Made by a program: the position numbers and the translations under genes. A stretch of 64,000 nt of DNA from Thermoproteus sp. (lineage in GTDB: Archaea > Thermoproteota > Thermoprotei > Thermoproteales > Thermoproteaceae): contig JBMFIG010000001.1 of the NCBI GenBank assembly GCA_049976425.1, positions 96,001 to 160,000 of the forward strand. The letters are read 5' to 3'. Positions 30,305 to 40,366 of this stretch are shown one piece after another (within the stretch, counting starts at the first letter, position 1; each line of letters opens with the position of its first letter). A model generated the notes under the pieces. The model ran no database searches. It was not told where the DNA came from and saw only the letters and a list, made by a program, of their open reading frames with translations.

Positions 30305-30918
30305 TAGCCGATTTAGTCCTCGACGTGCTGAACTACGTAGGGATAGTGGCCTTCGCCGTGTCGGGTGCGCTCAAGGCGGGGGAGAAGGGCATGGACCTGC
30401 TGGGCTTTATAGTGCTGGGGTTCTCGACGGCGCTGGCCGGCGGCATAATAAGAGACGTCTTGTTGAGCCGTCTGCCGCCGGTCAATATAACCTATCTGCC
30501 GTACCAGCTGACGGCCATATCGGCCTCCGTGGCTACCTTCGTCTTTTACGATAAGGTGAGCAGACACAGAGACGTAGTGCTGTACCCCGACGCCGTTGGG
30601 CTGGGCGCATTCGCGGCCATAGGCGCTGATGTGGCCCTCAGAGCGGGCCTCAACCCGCTCGCTGTGATAGCCATGGCCGCCATAACGGCGGCTGGCGGCG
30701 GCGTCGTGAGGGACGTGCTGGCCGCGGAGATACCGGTGGTGTTGAGGCGGGAGATATACGCCACAGCCGCCGCGATCGGGGGCGGCATCTACATGCTTCT
30801 CTACTATTCGTTGGGCAGAGGCCCCGCTTTGCTGGGCACCACAGCTATTGTGGTGGCCCTGAGGCTTGCGTCTCTGCGCTACGGCTGGGAGTTGCCCAAG
30901 GTTAAGAACATGGCCTAA
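30301..30918 (+). CDS. TRIC channel / UPF0126 membrane protein
   Basis: AFAVSGA, GGGIIRD, DAVGLG, GGGVVRD, EIYATAA. Confidence 0.9.
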   Translation: MIADLVLDVLNYVGIVAFAVSGALKAGEKGMDLLGFIVLGFSTALAGGIIRDVLLSRLPPVNITYLPYQLTAISASVATFVFYDKVSRHRDVVLYPDAVGLGAFAAIGADVALRAGLNPLAVIAMAAITAAGGGVVRDVLAAEIPVVLRREIYATAAAIGGGIYMLLYYSLGRGPALLGTTAIVVALRLASLRYGWELPKVKNMA

Positions 30919-31579
30919 GGGCCAGCAGTTTGGCCAAGCCGCGGGGAGCCACGGCGCCGCCGTCGACGGCCACATCCTCTATCAGACATCGCGGCTCGCC
31001 GCGGGTTGCTATGGCGAAGCCTGCCTGGCTGAGCGCCTGGAGCGGATGTAGATCCTCGGGCCTGCCCGAAGGCGAATACGGAACGACGCACATGGTGTCC
31101 AAATCGATCACTCTCCTCACCCCTTTATTGATCACTAGATACAGCGGCGCCTTTGCGGAGGCCGCTATGGCGTTGTTTGGGGGTATGCGGTAGGGCCTTC
31201 CGTAGAGAGACAGGCGGGGGTTCTCGACGAATATCGCCGCGCCTAGATCGCACGTGGTCTTGCCTATGCCCAACATTAATACCCTTTGTAGGGCCAAGGC
31301 ATCTACGTGGTCCATATCGGCGAACAGCTCCGCTATCCTCAACAAGAGATGTTGCTCGTCTATCAAGCCCCGCCGTAGTTGAAGTACATATGCATATATA
31401 GCCTCGGCCAGCCTCTGATCCCCGACGCGCGCCCATGTGTTGACGGCCTTCTCGAGCATCTCGGGAGCCTCGGAAAATACAAGCGCCGAAAGGAAAAGCC
31501 TAGGCTCTTCAACGACCTTGCTCAAGCCCTCCTTGTCGGCTATAGGCCCTCCATCGGGGTGATCCACATATGCTATCAT
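30902..31579 (-). CDS. Hypothetical protein
   Basis: 225-aa ORF overlapping the upstream gene stop. Confidence 0.6.
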   Translation of the reverse strand: MIAYVDHPDGGPIADKEGLSKVVEEPRLFLSALVFSEAPEMLEKAVNTWARVGDQRLAEAIYAYVLQLRRGLIDEQHLLLRIAELFADMDHVDALALQRVLMLGIGKTTCDLGAAIFVENPRLSLYGRPYRIPPNNAIAASAKAPLYLVINKGVRRVIDLDTMCVVPYSPSGRPEDLHPLQALSQAGFAIATRGEPRCLIEDVAVDGGAVAPRGLAKLLALRPCS

Positions 31580-31935
31580 CTAAATAGGCTGTTGCGTCTA
31601 TCGACTAATTTATCGAGATCTGCAACAACTTGTAATAATCCATCATAATTCTTCGATTGTATTAAAGAGAAAATATTATTTATTTTATCGAAGATCTCGC
31701 CGTCGATCTCCTCAAGGCGTTCGAGATCGGACGGCTTGCCTCTAGGCGACTTTACCTTCACCGAGATCATGTTGACGGCCTTCAGCGCTCTGCCCAACGA
31801 ATCCAGCGCCTCCTCTCCGACCATCCGCCGCCTTATTGCAGCCTCGGCGTCTTTCAACGCCTTGTATATCTTTTGCCTTATCTCTGGCTCGTCGTCTATA
31901 TCGTCGTATCCAGGAAACACATAGAGGCGCGCCAC
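31576..31935 (-). CDS. Hypothetical alpha-helical protein
   Basis: 119-aa ORF with upstream TTTAAA. Confidence 0.6.
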   Translation of the reverse strand: MARLYVFPGYDDIDDEPEIRQKIYKALKDAEAAIRRRMVGEEALDSLGRALKAVNMISVKVKSPRGKPSDLERLEEIDGEIFDKINNIFSLIQSKNYDGLLQVVADLDKLVDRRNSLFR

Positions 31936-32085
31936 GAATAAGACCCGCCTTCCCTTTAAATGGATTTTCTAGCAAAATATTTAAGCCAGAATAGTCATAG
32001 GTAGATTACGTAACCCTCTGAGACGCCCAATTATTTAGGGTCCATCTGCAACGTAACGATTTTAAAGATAGAAAACTATAGATAT

Positions 32086-32421
32086 GTGGCGGTAGTTCAA
32101 AAGTTCAAGTGTCCAGTCTGTGGGGCCGAGGTGGAGCCGACCCTCACGCCGGAGGCCTTAAGGGCCTATGAGGCGGGGGAGGCGCTCTTCTTAAACTTAA
32201 CATGTCCCCATGGGCACACCTTCTCCGTGGTGTTGAAGAAGCCCACGGCTGAGGAAGATGTACTGCTCGACTGCGAGATAAGGGACTGGGACCGCTTCTC
32301 TTTGCTACCCGTACAACAACAACAGGTGGTCCTAGAGTCGATACAGAGCGGGAGAGCAAGCCCGTCGGTGAGGGCGTTGTTGCGCCGGCTCAAAGATGCC
32401 GGCATAGTGGTCTGTACATGA
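32086..32421 (+). CDS. Zn-ribbon protein
   Basis: CPVCG...CPHGH; TATA TTTTAAA upstream. Confidence 0.7.
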   Translation: MAVVQKFKCPVCGAEVEPTLTPEALRAYEAGEALFLNLTCPHGHTFSVVLKKPTAEEDVLLDCEIRDWDRFSLLPVQQQQVVLESIQSGRASPSVRALLRRLKDAGIVVCT

Positions 32422-33398
32422 GCTTTCTCGCTAGGTTTGTGGAGGATCTCAACGTAACTCGTTATTACGGGGATTTCATAAAGGCCGCGGGGGGCCTGGA
32501 CGAGGTCAGGAACGCGTTGAGGTGGAGCGTTTGGTATGCCCTTAAGTGGTGGTACGAAATATATAGAGAGGGGCTACATAAAAGCAATAATATATTCGTG
32601 AAAGCACTGTATTTATCTCTTTTCGAGAATGGATATATAGATAGAGAAGGAAGAATAATGAAGAGGGTAAAGGAGCCGAGACCCCCCATCAACAGCTACG
32701 CGGCGGAGTTTGTAGGGCTCCACGAATCTTTCGATAAGCTAGGCGCCGCGAGGATAGCGGCCAATCAGGTAGACGAGAACACCATTGGCGTGCTGTATTC
32801 TGCGATGCTATCTCAAGGCTGGTATGACATAATGAGGGTCACGTTCTATAGGTTGGTCGGAGCCACGGAGGCGAAGAGGCTTTTTGCTCCTATAATTAAG
32901 GAAGGCCACGACATAGCCTCCCTTCTGGCGATCTCGCAATCGCCGCCGGAGCTGGTAGTCGGGTATGATTATAGGCCCGACTCGGTGGAGCTGTCTAGGG
33001 AGATCCTAGGCAGGAATATAAACATCGGTTCTTGCCCGGGCCAAGGCGGCGTCTGTGTATTCCAAGCGGCCAGTTCATGCGATGTGGCGGACGCTTTGGG
33101 CCCGCAATTCGCGAGAAGCTTCGACTCGGCGTTGGTGTTCCACTCGCTTTACTGGATGCTGGATCCCATAAAGGATCTCCAATGCATGCGCCGGCTCTTG
33201 AAGCCGGACGGCCGGCTCCTCGTGGGGCAACAAGTCATAGAGTCGACGCCGGGGCTCGTGGCCATAGTGGCCTCAATGGGGGCAAAACACGTGTTCAGAT
33301 CGTCGGACGTCGACAACATGCTCGCGGCCGCCGGCTTCAAAAGGGAGCGTCTGTATCTAAGGACCATGCCGTTTTACATAGCTATATGGCGTAGTTAG
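32418..33398 (+). CDS. Class I methyltransferase-like protein with degenerate motif I
   Basis: VVGYD, FDSALVFHSLYW, RRLLKPDGRLLV, LAAAGF. Confidence 0.6.
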   Translation: MSFLARFVEDLNVTRYYGDFIKAAGGLDEVRNALRWSVWYALKWWYEIYREGLHKSNNIFVKALYLSLFENGYIDREGRIMKRVKEPRPPINSYAAEFVGLHESFDKLGAARIAANQVDENTIGVLYSAMLSQGWYDIMRVTFYRLVGATEAKRLFAPIIKEGHDIASLLAISQSPPELVVGYDYRPDSVELSREILGRNINIGSCPGQGGVCVFQAASSCDVADALGPQFARSFDSALVFHSLYWMLDPIKDLQCMRRLLKPDGRLLVGQQVIESTPGLVAIVASMGAKHVFRSSDVDNMLAAAGFKRERLYLRTMPFYIAIWRS

Positions 33399-34078
33399 CG
33401 CCTTATCGTCCACCGCGGCCTCTCGCCGTAAAACATGTATATAGCGCCTAGTCCTCTAGTGCCGAAATATCTCAGCTCTAACAGTTTCTCGAGAAACGCC
33501 CTGAGGTCCTTGTTCGGGGTGGCGGCATCCAAGATCTCCTTAAGCGCTCTGTATTCGTCCACATGGCCTGGAGCCAACACGTAAGCCAACGCAGGTATGA
33601 AATAGGCCACGTAGAGCCTAAAAAGGCGTCGGACGAGGGGGTTGTCGGGCTTGCCCATGCTAACCGCAGCCACTCCGCGGGCTACCCGAGTTAGCTCCGC
33701 GAGCGCCCTTTCCAGATCCCTGGCGGCGTGTAGGGCATAGGCCAGCACGGCCACGTCAAATGCGCCATCTCTAAACGGCAACATCTCAAACACGCCTTGT
33801 ACTTTATCTATGTCGAGCCTCATAGCCTTGAGCATCTCCGCGGAATAGTCGAGGCCGATAACGTAACGGCCGGCAGAGATCAGATGCCTAGTCATGTTGC
33901 CCGGTCCGCAACCGGCGTCTAGTACGCGCCTGGCGTTCTGCGGCAGGAGCGTTGCCAGCTGCCTCCTCCATCTGTCGACCTGCCCCCACGTCATGGCCAA
34001 ATTCATGCGCTCGTAGACTGAGGGCAGTCTGTCGTAGGCGGGGTAAACTCTACGCCACCTGTCGCCCAGACCTGTCAT
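33395..34078 (-). CDS. UbiE/MenG-family methyltransferase
   Basis: YERMN...WRR, VLDAGCGPG, LPFRDGAFD; ATGA coupling to taw3. Confidence 0.8.
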   Translation of the reverse strand: MTGLGDRWRRVYPAYDRLPSVYERMNLAMTWGQVDRWRRQLATLLPQNARRVLDAGCGPGNMTRHLISAGRYVIGLDYSAEMLKAMRLDIDKVQGVFEMLPFRDGAFDVAVLAYALHAARDLERALAELTRVARGVAAVSMGKPDNPLVRRLFRLYVAYFIPALAYVLAPGHVDEYRALKEILDAATPNKDLRAFLEKLLELRYFGTRGLGAIYMFYGERPRWTIRR

Positions 34079-34734
34079 ACCGATCTCCAGAGACACGATG
34101 ACAGCGATCTGAGGGCGCTCTTCACGGCCTCCTCATCTACGGAGGATCCGCCAAGATATCTCGCCTCAACTACCCCGGCGAAAAAGGCGAGCCTCGCCTT
34201 AGCCAGCAATAGAACTCTGTTGGCCATCGCCACGGCCTCCTCCAGGTCGGCTACGAGCCTGCCGCCTGACTTCAGCGGTAGGTCGAGCCTCTCCTCGCCC
34301 AGTATCTCTACTATTATGCCGGCTCTATTGATGGCGATGATGCCGCTGTGTTTGTGGCCTGTTCTATGCCCTATGGAGATGAGCTCGTACGCGCGTCTGG
34401 CTGAGTCCACGGCCACGTGCAGTATTCCGCCTCTGACGAGCATCCACACATCGTCGTGGGGCTCCACGGCGGCGCGCACCTCGTCGACGGACACGGCCCT
34501 ATGCCATTTAGCTATGGGCGTGAACCCCCTCCCCTTGCTGTAGCTCGGAGTCCTCACAGACGCCAGCAGTATGCGGCCGGAGCAACTGCTCGTCGTGTAG
34601 AGCCAAGGAAGCTCGTTGAGCCTCTTGAGCAACGGGTATATATCCTGGTCTACGCGCCCCTGCGTGGCCTCCCTCTCGAGCCTCTCGACGAAGGCCCGTT
34701 TCCTGTTGGCGAAGGCGGCGTCGTCGACTATCAC
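34075..34734 (-). CDS. taw3: tRNA wyosine methyltransferase Taw3 (TYW3)
   Basis: VDQDI, YTTSSCSGRI, KWH, ILHV, KHSGI. Confidence 0.92.
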   Translation of the reverse strand: MIVDDAAFANRKRAFVERLEREATQGRVDQDIYPLLKRLNELPWLYTTSSCSGRILLASVRTPSYSKGRGFTPIAKWHRAVSVDEVRAAVEPHDDVWMLVRGGILHVAVDSARRAYELISIGHRTGHKHSGIIAINRAGIIVEILGEERLDLPLKSGGRLVADLEEAVAMANRVLLLAKARLAFFAGVVEARYLGGSSVDEEAVKSALRSLSSCLWRSV

Positions 34735-35672
34735 TGGAGGTTCTCCTCGATCACCCTTTTAGCGTTTCTGTACGCTATCCCCTCCAGCTCCGAGTCGCTG
34801 AACCCCGCCTCCTTCAGAAGCTCGAGGAAGGCCGGGAGCTTGTCGACGGTCTCAAGACCCTCAACCATCCTGTCGACGCCCAGCGCATCGGTGCCTATGG
34901 CCAATATATCTGCGCCGAAGCTCTCCTTGATATACACGGCGTGCCTCACCAGCTCTTGCACGGTCCCGCGCTCCCCCGTCAACGAAGGTATGGCCGTTAT
35001 GCCTATCACGCCTCTGTTCTTCTTAAGGGCCTCGAGAACTTCGTCGTCGACGTTGCGGACGGTCCTATGGACGGAGGCCGCGTTGGCGTGGCTTATGACG
35101 ACCGGCTTCTTGCTGGCCGAGATCGCCTCCAAGGCAGTCCTCTTGCTGGCGTGGGCCAGGTCCAGGATCACGCCCAGCTTGTTGGCCAACGCCACCAGCT
35201 CCTCGCCGTAGGCCGTGAGGCCGTAGTCCTTCCGGGAGAGACACGATGCGCCGAACTTGTTGTCGAGATTCCAGGTGATGCCGAGGGCTCTGAGGCCCAG
35301 CCTGAAGTAGAGCAGGAGGTCCGACGGATCGTCGAGTGCGTCGGCGCCTTCCATCAGCAAGAGGAATTTCAAGCCCTCCCTATCCAGATCGGCGGCTCTC
35401 TCCACGATATGTACGCCGTGTCTCTCGGAGAGCCTATAGAGCATCTTGAACATCTCTAGCGCTATGCTCTTAGTGCCCACGGCCGCGGCGTTGCCAGGCC
35501 CTGTGGGTCCATAGGTAGCGGCCACGGGGAATATAGAGGCGAATACGAGATCCACCCCCGCCCGCCTAAGCTTAGGCAGATCGGACTGCCTGCCTTCATC
35601 GTCTATGTCGAAGTCGGGCCTGCGGCCCGAGAAGAAGTAGTGGGCTATGTCCTCGTGTAGATCGTATATCAT
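34731..35672 (-). CDS. M19 membrane dipeptidase family protein
   Basis: DLHED, MEGAD, ITWN, DLAH, SHAN, RNVDD, GTD. Confidence 0.9.
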   Translation of the reverse strand: MIYDLHEDIAHYFFSGRRPDFDIDDEGRQSDLPKLRRAGVDLVFASIFPVAATYGPTGPGNAAAVGTKSIALEMFKMLYRLSERHGVHIVERAADLDREGLKFLLLMEGADALDDPSDLLLYFRLGLRALGITWNLDNKFGASCLSRKDYGLTAYGEELVALANKLGVILDLAHASKRTALEAISASKKPVVISHANAASVHRTVRNVDDEVLEALKKNRGVIGITAIPSLTGERGTVQELVRHAVYIKESFGADILAIGTDALGVDRMVEGLETVDKLPAFLELLKEAGFSDSELEGIAYRNAKRVIEENLQ

Positions 35673-35756
35673 GGCTAAGACAAAACATAAACCTTAATCG
35701 CCATTAGTCCCGTTTATTATAACGCAAAATTTATTAGATAACTATAGAGCTAGTTT

Positions 35757-36062
35757 GTGCAAGTCGGTGAGAGGCCTATCATTAAGCTCGGATATAGTGA
35801 ATCTCTAATAGAATTCTTTCAATATTTAGATCCTATATATAGGCAAGTTATCAATATAAGGCTAAAAATAGTAACAGGTAAGGACTTCATCGAACTCGTT
35901 TCCGAGAAGCCACGAGATATCTTCGATGCCTTGTCCTCCGCATTAGGTCGACACAACGCCGAGGTATTTCTATATTTATTTACAAAATGGCTTACAGAGA
36001 TCAACAAAGATAAATTAAATAAAAATGAATATCTATCTTTATTTACTTTTCTAAAATATTGA
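35757..36062 (+). CDS. Small helical protein (DUF3227-like), paralogue 1
   Basis: TGKDFIEL..EKP....AL...LG.HNAEVFL. Confidence 0.6.
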   Translation: MQVGERPIIKLGYSESLIEFFQYLDPIYRQVINIRLKIVTGKDFIELVSEKPRDIFDALSSALGRHNAEVFLYLFTKWLTEINKDKLNKNEYLSLFTFLKY

Positions 36063-36112
36063 CTTGTTTAAATCAGCAATATTTAAATGGACAAGGCAGT
36101 GGGACCAACGCT

Positions 36113-36403
36113 ATGGACTCCGGCGATCTTTTGAGATTCCATAGGTCTCTGGAGATCTCGCTAAGACTACTAATATCTTTCAAGTTTAGATATACGGTAG
36201 GGAAAACGTTCGAGGAGGTGGCAGAGCACGAGCCTTGGCGCCTATACTACGCTTTAATAGAGGCGATAGGAGAGCACAACGCCGAATTGTTTTTAAATAT
36301 GCTTAGGGAGTGGCTTATGAGGAAGGGCGAGGTAGTGGACTTGAGGACTCTGAGGGCTATGTTGAGCGACGAGAAGGCGTGGGCCAAGAGGGCTAGGGCA
36401 TGA
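36113..36403 (+). CDS. Small helical protein (DUF3227-like), paralogue 2
   Basis: VGKTFEEV..HEP....AL...IG.HNAELFL; own TATA at 36081-36088. Confidence 0.65.
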   Translation: MDSGDLLRFHRSLEISLRLLISFKFRYTVGKTFEEVAEHEPWRLYYALIEAIGEHNAELFLNMLREWLMRKGEVVDLRTLRAMLSDEKAWAKRARA

Positions 36404-37569
36404 GCGCCGGCCTGGAGCTGAGGGGGGTGACCGCCATAGTCGGCGAGCCCGGCACAGGCAAGACGAGTCTGTGCATGAGGATAGCGCACGAGGCGCTACG
36501 CGCTGGCAGGAGGGTGCTGTGGGTGTCGCTGTATGAGGGGAAGGATCTCTTCCTCCAAGAGGCCGCCGGGCTGGGCTACAAGCTGGAGGGCGTCGATTTC
36601 TGGGAGGCGGTGATGGCGGAGCCCGAGGCTTTCTGGAATAGGTTGCTGGATTATGTGGCCGAGCGTAGGCCGGACGTCTTGGTGCTGGACTCGGTCACGC
36701 CTCTGGTGGAGGGAGTCGGCGGCAGGTCGTTGATGCTGAACGCCCTATATAGGGTCCTGCGCCCGTCCTCCATCGACGTCTTCATGACAGTGGAGGTGGA
36801 CACGCCCCCCTTCGTGCTCTACATAGCCGACAACGTCGTCAGGCTGTTTCTGGAAAGGACCGAGGAGGGGGTGCCGGAGAGGAAGATGTGTATAGACAAG
36901 GCCAGGGGCCTGCCCGGGGGATACTGCAGACAGTTCGACATAATTAGCTCGGCCGGCTTGGTTTTCTTCGATGAGCTGAAGCCGGTGCCGGGGAGGCCGG
37001 CCGAGGTGCGCACAGGCACGGCCCTCGACGAGCTGGTGGGAGGCTCGTTTCTTGGCAACACGTTGTTGTTGGGCCCCGTCGGTTCCGGCAAGACCAGGCT
37101 AGCGGTTAAGATAGCCGCCGCGGCGGCCGCCAACGGCTATAAAGTCGTATACAGATCCTTCGCCGAGGAGCCCTGGCAGATAAAGGAGCTGGCGAAGGAA
37201 TACGGGGCCGACTTCGAGGTGATGGCTATGAGGATCAAGCCGCCTACGTACGGCACCCACGTCTATGAGTTCTATAGGTTGATAAACGAGGCGAGGCCCG
37301 ACTTGTTAGTGTCCGACGGCTTCGACGTGGAGTTCAGAGTCTACGGCGAGAAGGCCTTCGAGCTCAATATGAGGATGTTGTCGGCTCTGAAGGAGGCCGG
37401 CGTCGCCTTCGTCGGGACTATGGCCAAGTCGTACGGCCTCGCCAACTACGTCGACAATGTGTTGAGGCTGAGGCGCGCCAAGGAGGGCGTAGTCGTCGAG
37501 GCCATCAAGTCGTTTAGGAAGCCCAAGAGGACCCGTTGCGTCCTCACGGAGAGGCTCGACTGCTCCTAG
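36400..37569 (+). CDS. Two-domain KaiC/RAD55-like RecA-family ATPase
   Basis: Walker A GEPGTGKT and GPVGSGKT, VLDSVT, YIADNVV, KARG. Confidence 0.85.
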   Translation: MSAGLELRGVTAIVGEPGTGKTSLCMRIAHEALRAGRRVLWVSLYEGKDLFLQEAAGLGYKLEGVDFWEAVMAEPEAFWNRLLDYVAERRPDVLVLDSVTPLVEGVGGRSLMLNALYRVLRPSSIDVFMTVEVDTPPFVLYIADNVVRLFLERTEEGVPERKMCIDKARGLPGGYCRQFDIISSAGLVFFDELKPVPGRPAEVRTGTALDELVGGSFLGNTLLLGPVGSGKTRLAVKIAAAAAANGYKVVYRSFAEEPWQIKELAKEYGADFEVMAMRIKPPTYGTHVYEFYRLINEARPDLLVSDGFDVEFRVYGEKAFELNMRMLSALKEAGVAFVGTMAKSYGLANYVDNVLRLRRAKEGVVVEAIKSFRKPKRTRCVLTERLDCS

Positions 37570-37776
37570 AGCTTCATCTCCCTCCTCCTGGCCACGATAA
37601 GCTCTTCTTGGGCTTGCGGGAGGCGGAGCTACGCGTCGCAACTCTGCTAAATAGCCCTGGCCGGCCACGCGACGTTATCCCCTGCGCGGGTCGCCGTTGC
37701 TACGACCTCTAGAGGCGCTCTGCCGCGTCTTTCGGAATCTCCCAACGCGGCTTGTTAGGCACGTCTCTGTAAAGCC

Positions 37777-38826
37777 CTAAGGCCTTCTGAACACGTACAG
37801 CTCGGAGAGGAGGTAGTTGGCGGCGAAGCCGGCGAGCACGCCGAGGAGGTAGGCCAGATAGCGCGACGTGCCGGCCAGCACCAGGGCGTTCGAGAGGGCG
37901 TAGTTGGCGGCGATGCCCGCGAAGTTCGCGAGGTGGTATTTGAGCCACCCCTTCAGCCACGGCATTTCCCTATCTCTGAACGTCCACGCCTTGTTGAGGG
38001 CGTAGTTGGAGGTGAGCGATACCTCTATCGCCGCCAGGGCCGCGACGGGGTACGCCACGTCCCTCAAGGCGTAGAGGACGGCCTCAGCGACGCCTATGCC
38101 GGAGGCCCCAACTGCGGCGAATTTAAAGGGCCTCCAGCCGGCCAGCCTCATCAACTGCGCCAGGTAGTCGGCCACGTGTACCAGCCCCAGCTTAGACCTC
38201 CCCGCCCTCCGCGGCCTGAAGACGTACGGGACCTCGGCTATCTTAGAGGGCCTGCACTGGACGGCCACGTCCAGCAGTATCTTGTAGAGGCCCGTCGGCT
38301 TGACCGACGCGAGACATGCCCTCCTCGTGGCGAAGAAACCCGATTCCGGGTCTGAGAGGAGCCTAGCCTCCGGCAACAGGAGCTTGGCCAGCGCGGCGGC
38401 CCCCCGCGATATGAGCAGGCGGGCGGGCGACCACCCCTCGATCCCGCCGCCTCTCCCGTACCTAGTGCCCACCGCCAGCTCCGCGCCCGACAACACGGCT
38501 TGGGCCAGCGCTGGCGCCAGCTCCGGCGGATGTTGGAAATCGGCGTCCATGACGACCACCACATCGCCCGCGGCTACTCTGGCGCCGTCCACCACAGCGC
38601 TCGATAGGCCGAGGCGGCGGGGCCTAGAGACGACTCTGACCGGGTACTCCTTGGCGAGCTCCCTAGCTATCTCCGCCGTGCCGTCGGGACTGCCGTCGTC
38701 GACTATCACCACCTCGTAGGGCGTGCCGGCGAAGGCTCTGGCCAGCGCCTCGACCAGCGGCTTGATGTTGTCGGCCTCGTTGTACGTCGGGACCACGACG
38801 GAGATCGGCACAGGAGCGCTCCTCAT
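37777..38826 (-). CDS. GT2 dolichol-phosphate hexosyltransferase fused to GtrA
   Basis: VVPTYNE, VDDGSPDGT, MDADFQHPPE, C-terminal KFAAVG...NYALNKAWTF. Confidence 0.9.
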   Translation of the reverse strand: MRSAPVPISVVVPTYNEADNIKPLVEALARAFAGTPYEVVIVDDGSPDGTAEIARELAKEYPVRVVSRPRRLGLSSAVVDGARVAAGDVVVVMDADFQHPPELAPALAQAVLSGAELAVGTRYGRGGGIEGWSPARLLISRGAAALAKLLLPEARLLSDPESGFFATRRACLASVKPTGLYKILLDVAVQCRPSKIAEVPYVFRPRRAGRSKLGLVHVADYLAQLMRLAGWRPFKFAAVGASGIGVAEAVLYALRDVAYPVAALAAIEVSLTSNYALNKAWTFRDREMPWLKGWLKYHLANFAGIAANYALSNALVLAGTSRYLAYLLGVLAGFAANYLLSELYVFRRP

Positions 38827-38883
38827 CGGATCGGCATTGGAGTCTCTCCTCACACGTTAAAAAGGGCCTCTTCTTAAAAGGCT

Positions 38884-40329
38884 ATGCTGAGGGGGGCGGG
38901 GATCCTTCTGCCTCTATTCTCCCTCCCGGGCCCCCACGGGATCGGCGACATGGGGCCCGCCGCGTACCGATTCGTGGAGCTCTTAAGGGATGCCGGCCAG
39001 ACGTATTGGCAACTGTTGCCCCTAAACCCCGTGTTGCCGGAGTACGACAACTCGCCCTACAGCTCCACCTCGTCCTTCGCCGGGGAGCCGGCGTACATAA
39101 GCCTGGAGCTCCTGGCGGAGCAAGGCGTGTTGAGGAGATCCGCCTCGGCGGAATTCGGGGCGGGCCGCGCCGATTATGAGGCCGCGCGGGCCTACAAGGT
39201 CAAGATAATCGCCGAGGCGGAGAGGCCGAAGGATCTCGACGAGTTCGTGGGGAGGAACGAGTGGCTTGAGGACTACGCCCTCTACTCGGCGTTGCGGGAA
39301 TATTTCGGGCGGCCTTGGGTGGAGTGGCCGAGGGAGCTGAGGGATAGAGATCCGGCGGCCTTGAGGCAGTGGCGCGAGAGGTTGCGGAGGAGGATAGAGC
39401 TCGAGTACCTCCTCCAGTACTTCTTCTGGACGCAGTGGCGCGAGCTGAAGCGGCACGCCAACTCGCTGGGCATCTTCCTCATAGGCGACCTCCCCATATA
39501 CCTGAGCCTCGACAGCGCCGACGTGTGGGCCCACAGAGAGCTGTTCAAGCTCGACGCGGAGGGCCGGCCCCTATACGTGGCGGGGGTGCCGCCCGACTAC
39601 TTCTCGCCCACCGGCCAGCTGTGGGGCAACCCCGTCTACGATTGGGACGCCATGAGGAAGGAGGGGTTTAGGTGGTGGCTCGACAGGCTGAGGTACACGC
39701 TCTCGGTCTTCGACTACGTCAGGCTTGACCACTTCCGCGGCTACGCCGCCTACTGGGAGGTGCCAGCTGGCGAGAAGACTGCTGTGAACGGCCGCTGGGT
39801 CCCCGCTCCGGGCGGGGAGCTCCTGGAGAGGGCGAGGGGCGAGCTGGGCGGGCTCAAGATCATCGCGGAGGATCTCGGCTACATAACGCCCGACGTGATA
39901 GAGCTGAGAGACCGCTTCGGATTGCCTGGCATGAGGGTGCTGCAGTTCGCCTGGGACGGCAACCCGGCGAACGAGCACAAGCCCCACAACCACGTCAAGA
40001 ACTCGGTCGTCTACACGGGCACCCACGACAACAACACGATAGTGGGCTGGTTCTTCCATGAGGCCTCCCCCAAGGCGAGGAGGGAGGCGTTGGAGTACAT
40101 GGGCAGACGCTCCGCCAAGGATATACACTGGGCCTTTATAAGGCTGGCGTACTCCTCGGTGGCCGACGTGGCCGTCGTGCCTATGCAGGACTTCATGGGG
40201 CTTGGGCCAGAAGCGCGTATAAATAGGCCGGGAACTAGAGGCGGAAACTGGGTCTGGAGGATGACAGAGCTCCCCGGGCGGGCGTTGGCCAGGCGGATAA
40301 GGCGGCTGGTCCGGCTCTACGGACGTTGA
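38884..40329 (+). CDS. malQ: 4-alpha-glucanotransferase (GH77)
   Basis: WQLLPL, GVPPDYFSPTGQLWGNP, RLDHFRG, AEDLG, GTHDN. Confidence 0.95.
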   Translation: MLRGAGILLPLFSLPGPHGIGDMGPAAYRFVELLRDAGQTYWQLLPLNPVLPEYDNSPYSSTSSFAGEPAYISLELLAEQGVLRRSASAEFGAGRADYEAARAYKVKIIAEAERPKDLDEFVGRNEWLEDYALYSALREYFGRPWVEWPRELRDRDPAALRQWRERLRRRIELEYLLQYFFWTQWRELKRHANSLGIFLIGDLPIYLSLDSADVWAHRELFKLDAEGRPLYVAGVPPDYFSPTGQLWGNPVYDWDAMRKEGFRWWLDRLRYTLSVFDYVRLDHFRGYAAYWEVPAGEKTAVNGRWVPAPGGELLERARGELGGLKIIAEDLGYITPDVIELRDRFGLPGMRVLQFAWDGNPANEHKPHNHVKNSVVYTGTHDNNTIVGWFFHEASPKARREALEYMGRRSAKDIHWAFIRLAYSSVADVAVVPMQDFMGLGPEARINRPGTRGGNWVWRMTELPGRALARRIRRLVRLYGR

Positions 40330-40366
40330 AAGCCGAACCTATTTAAACTCCGATGTCTCCAGCTCC

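Noticed and set aside
37570-37776. Intergenic hairpin GCCGCGT...ACGCGGC
   Set aside because: Single short stem between convergent genes; not enough to call an RNA
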